Below the pieces are notes generated by a model, which had not been told where the DNA came from, made no database searches, and saw only the letters and a list, made by a program, of their open reading frames with translations. DNA of 64,000 bases from contig JAGIQG010000037.1 of assembly GCA_024679065.1 (NCBI GenBank), positions 14,942,001-15,006,000 of the forward strand, written 5' to 3'. Source of the stretch: Sphyrna mokarran (taxonomy: Eukaryota). Position numbers and translations under genes: made by a program. Below are positions 58,160 to 64,000 of the stretch, one piece after another; position 1 is the first letter of the stretch, and each line of letters begins with the position of its first letter.

Positions 58160-61100
58160 TGACGGAGAGAGAGAGAGAGATGGAGATGGAGAGGGAGAGA
58201 AAGAGGGACATGGAGGGAAAGAGAGATGGAGAGAGAGAGAGATGGAGAGAGGGAGAGACAGAGGGACAGACGGAGAGAGAGAGAGAGAGAGACAGATGGA
58301 AGAGAGAGGAAGATAAAGAGGGAGTGCGATGGTTAGAGAGGGAGCTGGAGAGAGAAGGAGATGAAGAGAGAGAAGGAGATGGAAAGAGGGGGATGGAGAG
58401 AGAGAGAGATAGAGAGAGAGGAGGATGGAGAGAGAGGGGGATGGAGAAATACGAACATGGAAAGAGAGGGAGATAGTTAGAGAGGGAGATGGAGAAAGAG
58501 GGGGATGGAGAGAGCGGAGGATGGAGAGAGAGGGAGATGGAGAGAGAGGGAGATGGAGAGAGAGGGAGATGGAGAGAGAGGGAGATGGAGAGAGAGGGAG
58601 ATGGAAGAGAGGGAGATGGAGAGGAGGGAGGATGGAGAGAGGGAGATGGAGAGAGAGGGAGATGGAGAGAGAGGAGGATGGAGAGAGAGGGGGATGGAGA
58701 GGGAAGAGAGGGAGATAGAGAGAGGGAGATGGAGAGAGAGGGAGATGGAGAGAGCGGAGGATGGAGAGAGAGGGAGATGGAGAGAGAGGGAGATGGAGAG
58801 AGAGGGAGATGGAGAGAGAGGGAGATGGAGAGAGAGGGAGATGGAGAGAGAGGAGGATGGAGAGAGAGGGAGATGGAGAGAGAGGGAGATGGAGAGAGGG
58901 AGGATGGAGAGAGAGGGAGATGGAGAGAGAGGGAGATGGAGAGAGAGGGGGATGGAGAGAGAGGGAGATGGAGAGAGAGGGAGATGGAGAGAGAGGGAGA
59001 TGGAGAGAGAGGGAGAGGGAGAGAGAGATGGGAGAGAGGGAGGATGGAGAGGAGAGGGAGATGGAGAGAGAGGGAGATGGAGAGACAGGAGATGGAGAGA
59101 GAGGGAGATGAGAGAGAGAGGATGGAGATGAGAGGGAGATGGAGAGAGGGAGATGGAGAGGAGATGGAGGATGGAGAAGAGAGGGAGATGGAGAGAGAGG
59201 AGGATTGGAGAAAGAGGGGGATGGAGAGAGAGGAGGATGGAGAGAGAGGGAGATGGAGAGAGAGGGAGATGGAGAGAGAGGGAGATGGAGAGAGAGGGAG
59301 ATGGAGAGAGAGGGAGATGGAGAGAGAGGGAGATGGAGAGAGAGGGATATGGAGAGAGAGGGGGATGGAGAGAGAGGAGGATAGAGAGAGAGGGAGATGG
59401 AGAGAGAGAGATGGAGAGAGAGAGGGAGATGGAGAGAGAGAGATGGGAAGAGAGAGGATGGAGAGAGAGGGAGATGGAGGAGAGGGAGATGGAGAGAGAG
59501 AGATGGAGAAGAAGGGATGGAGAGAGAGGGAGATGGAGAGAAGGGAGATGGAGAGAGAGGNNNNNNNNNNNNNNNNNNNNNNNNNNNNNNNNNNNNNNNN
59601 NNNNNNNNNNNNNNNNNNNNNNNNNNNNNNNNNNNNNNNNNNNNNNNNNNNNNNNNNNNNNNNNNNNNNNNNNNNNNNNNNNNNNNNNNNNNNNNNNNNN
59701 GAGGGAGATGGAGAGAGAGGGAGATGGAGAGAGAGGGAGATGGAGAGAGAGGGAGATGGAGAGAGAGAGAGATGGAGAGAAAGAGAGATGGAGAGAGAGG
59801 GAGATGGGAGAGAGGGGAATGGGAGAGGAGAGAGGATGGAAGAGAGGGAGATGAAGAGAGAGGGAGATGGAGAGAGAGGGAGATGGAGAGAGAGGGAGAT
59901 GGAGAGAGAGGGAGATGGAGAGAGAGGGAGATGGAGAGAGAGGGAGATGGAGAGAGAGAGAGATGGAGAGAAAGAGAGATGGAGAGAGAGGGAGATGGAG
60001 ACAGAGAGAGATGGAGAGGAGGGAGGTGGAGAGAGAGAGAGATGGAAAGAGAGGAGATGGAGGAAGGGGAGATGAGAGAGGGGAGATGAAGGAGAGGGAT
60101 AGGAGAGGAGAGGAGTGGAGAGAGGGGGATGGAGAGAGAGGGAGTGAAGATAGAGAGAGAGGAGGGAGATGGAGAGAGAGGGAGATGGAGAGAGAGAGAG
60201 ATGGAGAGAGAGGGAGATGGAGAGAGAGGGAGATGGAGAGAGAGAGATGGAGAGAGAGGGAGATGGAGAGAGAGGGAGATGGAGAGAGAGAGATGGAGAG
60301 AGAGAGAGATGGAGAGAGAGGGAGATGGAGAGAGAGAGATGGAGAGAGAGAGGTAGGAGAGAGAGGGAAGATGGAGAGGAGAGAGATGGAGAGAGAGGGA
60401 GGAATGAGAGNNNNNNNNNNNNNNNNNNNNNNNNNNNNNNNNNNNNNNNNNNNNNNNNNNNNNNNNNNNNNNNNNNNNNNNNNNNNNNNNNNNNNNNNNN
60501 NNNNNNNNNNNNNNNNNNNNNNNNNNNNNNNNNNNNNNNNNNNNNNNNNNNNNNNNNNNNNNGAGATGGAGAGAAGAGAGATGAGAGAGAGGAGATGGAG
60601 AGAGAGGAGAATGGAGAGAGAGAGATGGAGAGAGAGAGGAGATGGAGAGAGGGAGATGGAGAGACAGAGAGGATGGAGAGAGAGGGAATGGAGATACAGG
60701 GGAGATGGAAGAGAGAGGGAGATGGAGAGAAGGAGATGGAGAGAGAGAGATGGAGAGAGAGAGGGAGATGGAGAGAGGGGATGGAGACAGAGGGAGATGG
60801 AAAGAGAGAGAGAGAGAGGAGGTGGAGAGAGGAGGAGGAGAGAGAGGGAGAGAGGGGATGAGAGACAGGGAAGTGGAAGAGAGAGGAGGGAGATGGAGAG
60901 AGAGGGAGATGGAGAGAGAGAGAGATGGAGAGAGAGGGAGATGGAGAGAAAGAGAGATGGAGAGAAAGAGAGACGGAGAGAGAGGGAGATGAAGAGAGAG
61001 GGAGATGGAGAGAGAGGGAGATGGAGAGAGAGGGAGATGGAGAGAGAGGGAGATGGAGAGAGAGGGAGATGGAGAGAGAGGGAGATGGAGAGAGCGGAGG

Positions 61101-62102
61101 ATGGAGAGAGAGGGAGATGGAGAGAGAGGGAGATGGAGAGAGCGGAGGATGGAGAGAGAGGGAGATGGAGAGAGAGGGAGATGGGGAGGAGGGATGGAGA
61201 GAGGGGAGATGGAGGGAGAGGGATGATGGGAGGGGAGAGAGGAGAGGAGATGGGGAAGAGAGGGAAATGGAGAGAGGGAGATGGAGAGAGATGGAGATGG
61301 GAGACAGGGAGAGGGAGAGAAGGGAGATGGAGAGAGAGAGATGGGAGAGAGGGAGTGGAGAGAGAGGGAGAGATGGAGAGAGAGGAGATTGAGAGACAGG
61401 TAGAGATAGAGAGGAGGGAGAGAGGGGGAATGGAGAGAGAGAGATGGAGAGAGAAGAGGGATGGGAGAGGAGGGAGATGGAGAGAGAGAGAGAGGGAGAG
61501 AGAGGGAGATGAGAGAGAGGGAGGATGGAGGAGAGAGAGGAGAGAGATGAGATGGAGAGAGAGGGAGATGGAGGAGAGGGAGATGGAGAGAGAGGGAGAT
61601 GGAGAGAGAGGGAGAGAGAGAGAGAGGAGGATGGAGAGAGAGGGAGATGGAGAGAGAGAGAGATGGAGAGAGTAGAGGATGGAGAGAGAGGGAGATGGAG
61701 AGAGAGAGAGAGGGAGAGAGCGGAGGATGGAGAGTAGAGGGATGGAGAGAGAGGGAGATGGAGATAGAGGGAGATGGAGAGAGAGGGAGATGAAGCGAGG
61801 GAGATGGAGAAGAGGGATATGGACGAGATTGGGGGATGGGAGAGAGAGGAGGCTAGAGAGAGCAGGAAATGGAGAGAGAGAGATGGAGAGAGATGGAGAG
61901 ACAGGGAGATGGAGAGAGAGAGAGAGAGAGATGGAGAGAGAGGGAGATGGAGAGAGAGGGAGATGGAGAGAGAGGGAAATGGAGAGAGAGGAGGATGGAG
62001 AGAGAGGAGGATGGAGAGAGAGAGAGATGGAGAGAGAGGGAGATGGAGAGAGAGGGAGATGGAGAGAGAGGAGGATGGAGAGAGAGGAGGATGGAGAGAG
62101 AG
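58160..62102. repeat. About 4-kb polypurine tract with a 16-bp GGAGAGAGAGGGAGAT core
   Basis: Almost pure A/G strand; source of the E/R/G-rich ORFs. Contains two N gaps. Confidence 0.95.
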
Positions 62103-64000
62103 GGGGCGTCTCTCTCTCTCTCTCTCTCTCTTTCTATTTCCCTCTCTCTTCAGCTCCTTGGGAGGACAATGTCTTGCAGTAATTGTCTGATGAATGATAA
62201 CTGCAATTCCATAATTCCTTCAACTTCTTGGTATCGGTTCAAAATTTGTCAGAACCAGCGATACATTGTTTTTCAGAAGGGACATTTGTTTGTGAGTGTG
62301 ATGTGGCAGGCGGACGGGAGAGAGGGGAACTAGGCCACGCTTGGGCCTATTTTTATATTAGCTCACAAGTTCCTGATTTAGTTTCTGATGTCTCTGACCC
62401 CCTTGCCGTCTAGGTCACTCCTGTGAGCACATCCAACTGGAGCTGATGGCCCACTTGTATAATCACTAGACTATTAATCCAGAAACTCAGCTAACGTTCT
62501 GGGGGACCCGGGTTCAAATCCGGGTGAAATTTGGATTCAATGAAAAAAATCTGGAATTAAGAATCTACTGATGACCCATTCTCGGAATCTGGTTCCCTTT
62601 AGGGAAGGAAATCTGCCGTCCTTACCCCAGTCTGGCCTACGTGTGACTCCAGAGCCACAGCCAATGTGGTTGACTCTCAACTGCCCTCCAAGGGGCAACT
62701 AGAGATGGGCAATAAATACTGAAACCAGCCAGCGACACCCGTGTCCCAGGAATGAATAAAAAATCACAAGTCAACAGTGTGTGGAAGGGCCGTACATCAC
62801 AATATTCAGCACTTTGAATCTGCATTGACAACAAACCCATCCACGCCCTTTCCCCATAACCCCTCGTATTTACCCTGCTAGTCCCCCTCACACCAAGGAT
62901 CAATTTTTAGTATGGCCAATCCACCTAACCCACACATCTTTGGACACCAAGGGGCAATTTAGCATCGCCAATCCACCTAACCTGCACATCTTTGGACACT
63001 AAGGGGCAATTTAGCATGGCCAATCCATCTAACCTGCACATCTTTGGACACTAGGGGCAATTTAGCATGGCCAATCCATCTAACCTGCACATCTTTTACA
63101 CTAAGGGGCAATTTAGCATGGCCATCCTCTAACTGCACATCTTTGGACACTAGGGGCAATTTAGCATGGCCAATCCATCTAACCTGCACATCTTTGACAC
63201 TAGGGACAATTTAGCATGGCCATCCACCTAACCTGCCTCTTTGGCACTAAGGGGCAATTTGCATGGCCAATCCACTAACCTCACATCTTTGGATACTAAG
63301 GGGCAATTTAGCATGGCCAATCCATCTAACCGGCACATCTTTGGACCTAAGGACAATTTAGCATGGCCATCCTCTACCTGCACATCTTTGGACACTAAGG
63401 GACAATTTAGCATGGCCAATCCACCTACCTGCACATCTTGGACACTAAGGACTTTGCTGGCATCCACTAACCTACACATCTTTGGACACTAAGGGACAAT
63501 TTAGCATGGCCAATCCACCTAACCTGCACATCTTTGGACACTAAGGGACAATTTAGCATGGCCAATCCACCTAACCTACACATCTTTGGACACTAAGGGA
63601 CAATTTAGCATGGCCAATCCACCTAACCTGCACATCTTTGGACACTAAGGGACAATTTAGCAAGGCCAATCCACCTAACCTGTCCATTTTTGGACACTAA
63701 GGGGCAATTTAGCGTGGCCAATCCACCTAATCCACACATGATTTGGACCGTGGGAAGAGAGGGGTGCACTGGGAGGAAACCCACGGAGACACAAGGGGAG
63801 AACATGCAGATTCTGCGGAATGACCCAAGCTGGAAATGGAACCCGGATCTGTGATGCTGCAGTGCTGTGAGACAGCAGTGCTAACCACTGTGCCACCGTG
63901 ATGTTTATGACTATCTTAACCATATTCTGGCTGGTAAAGATTTGCCTCGCTTCATGTTCACTTCTTTGCCAAATCACTTGGTGTCTACACCCTGGAGTTG

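Noticed and set aside
58159-62333. Glu/Arg-rich ORFs up to 602 aa
   Set aside because: A polypurine repeat has few stop codons in any frame, and the ORFs span N gaps.

Overview
This is vertebrate genomic DNA, almost certainly from a shark or ray: it carries HE1/V-SINEs, Deu-type SINEs, CR1, Rex1/Babar and Penelope retroelements, many minisatellites and six N gaps. Most ORFs in the track are repeat-derived or spurious. Three spliced genes can be reconstructed by hand. (1) MED11 exons 2-3 on the + strand (3753-3883, 6335-6475); exon 1 was not found and probably lies upstream of the window. (2) Gene A, - strand, CDS join(20358-20295, 17987-17628, 15930-15857), 165 aa: signal peptide, one B7-family-like IgV domain and a short hydrophobic C-terminus resembling a GPI-anchor signal, with no IgC domain and no cytoplasmic tail. 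(3) Gene B, - strand, CDS join(53610-53571, 49075-48653, 46737-46378, 35491-35438, 33698-33487), 362 aa (340 aa with an alternative donor): split leader, two germline-joined VJ-type domains whose C-x6-P-x-P-x5-G-x-G loop is spaced like the CTLA4 MYPPPY loop, a glycosylated stalk, a TM helix preceded by Arg, and a short tail with no YxxM, ITIM or ITAM. The main hypothesis is a linked, co-oriented pair: an atypical CD28/CTLA4/NKp30-like receptor next to an atypical GPI-anchored B7-like ligand or decoy, beside MED11. Secondary observations include inverted SINE-derived arrays around cassette exons, a CpG-rich inverted repeat with divergent CTCF-like motifs, a Penelope insertion with a target-site duplication and a hammerhead core, and an unclassified composite repeat. 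All family assignments come from recalled motif comparison, not database searches.
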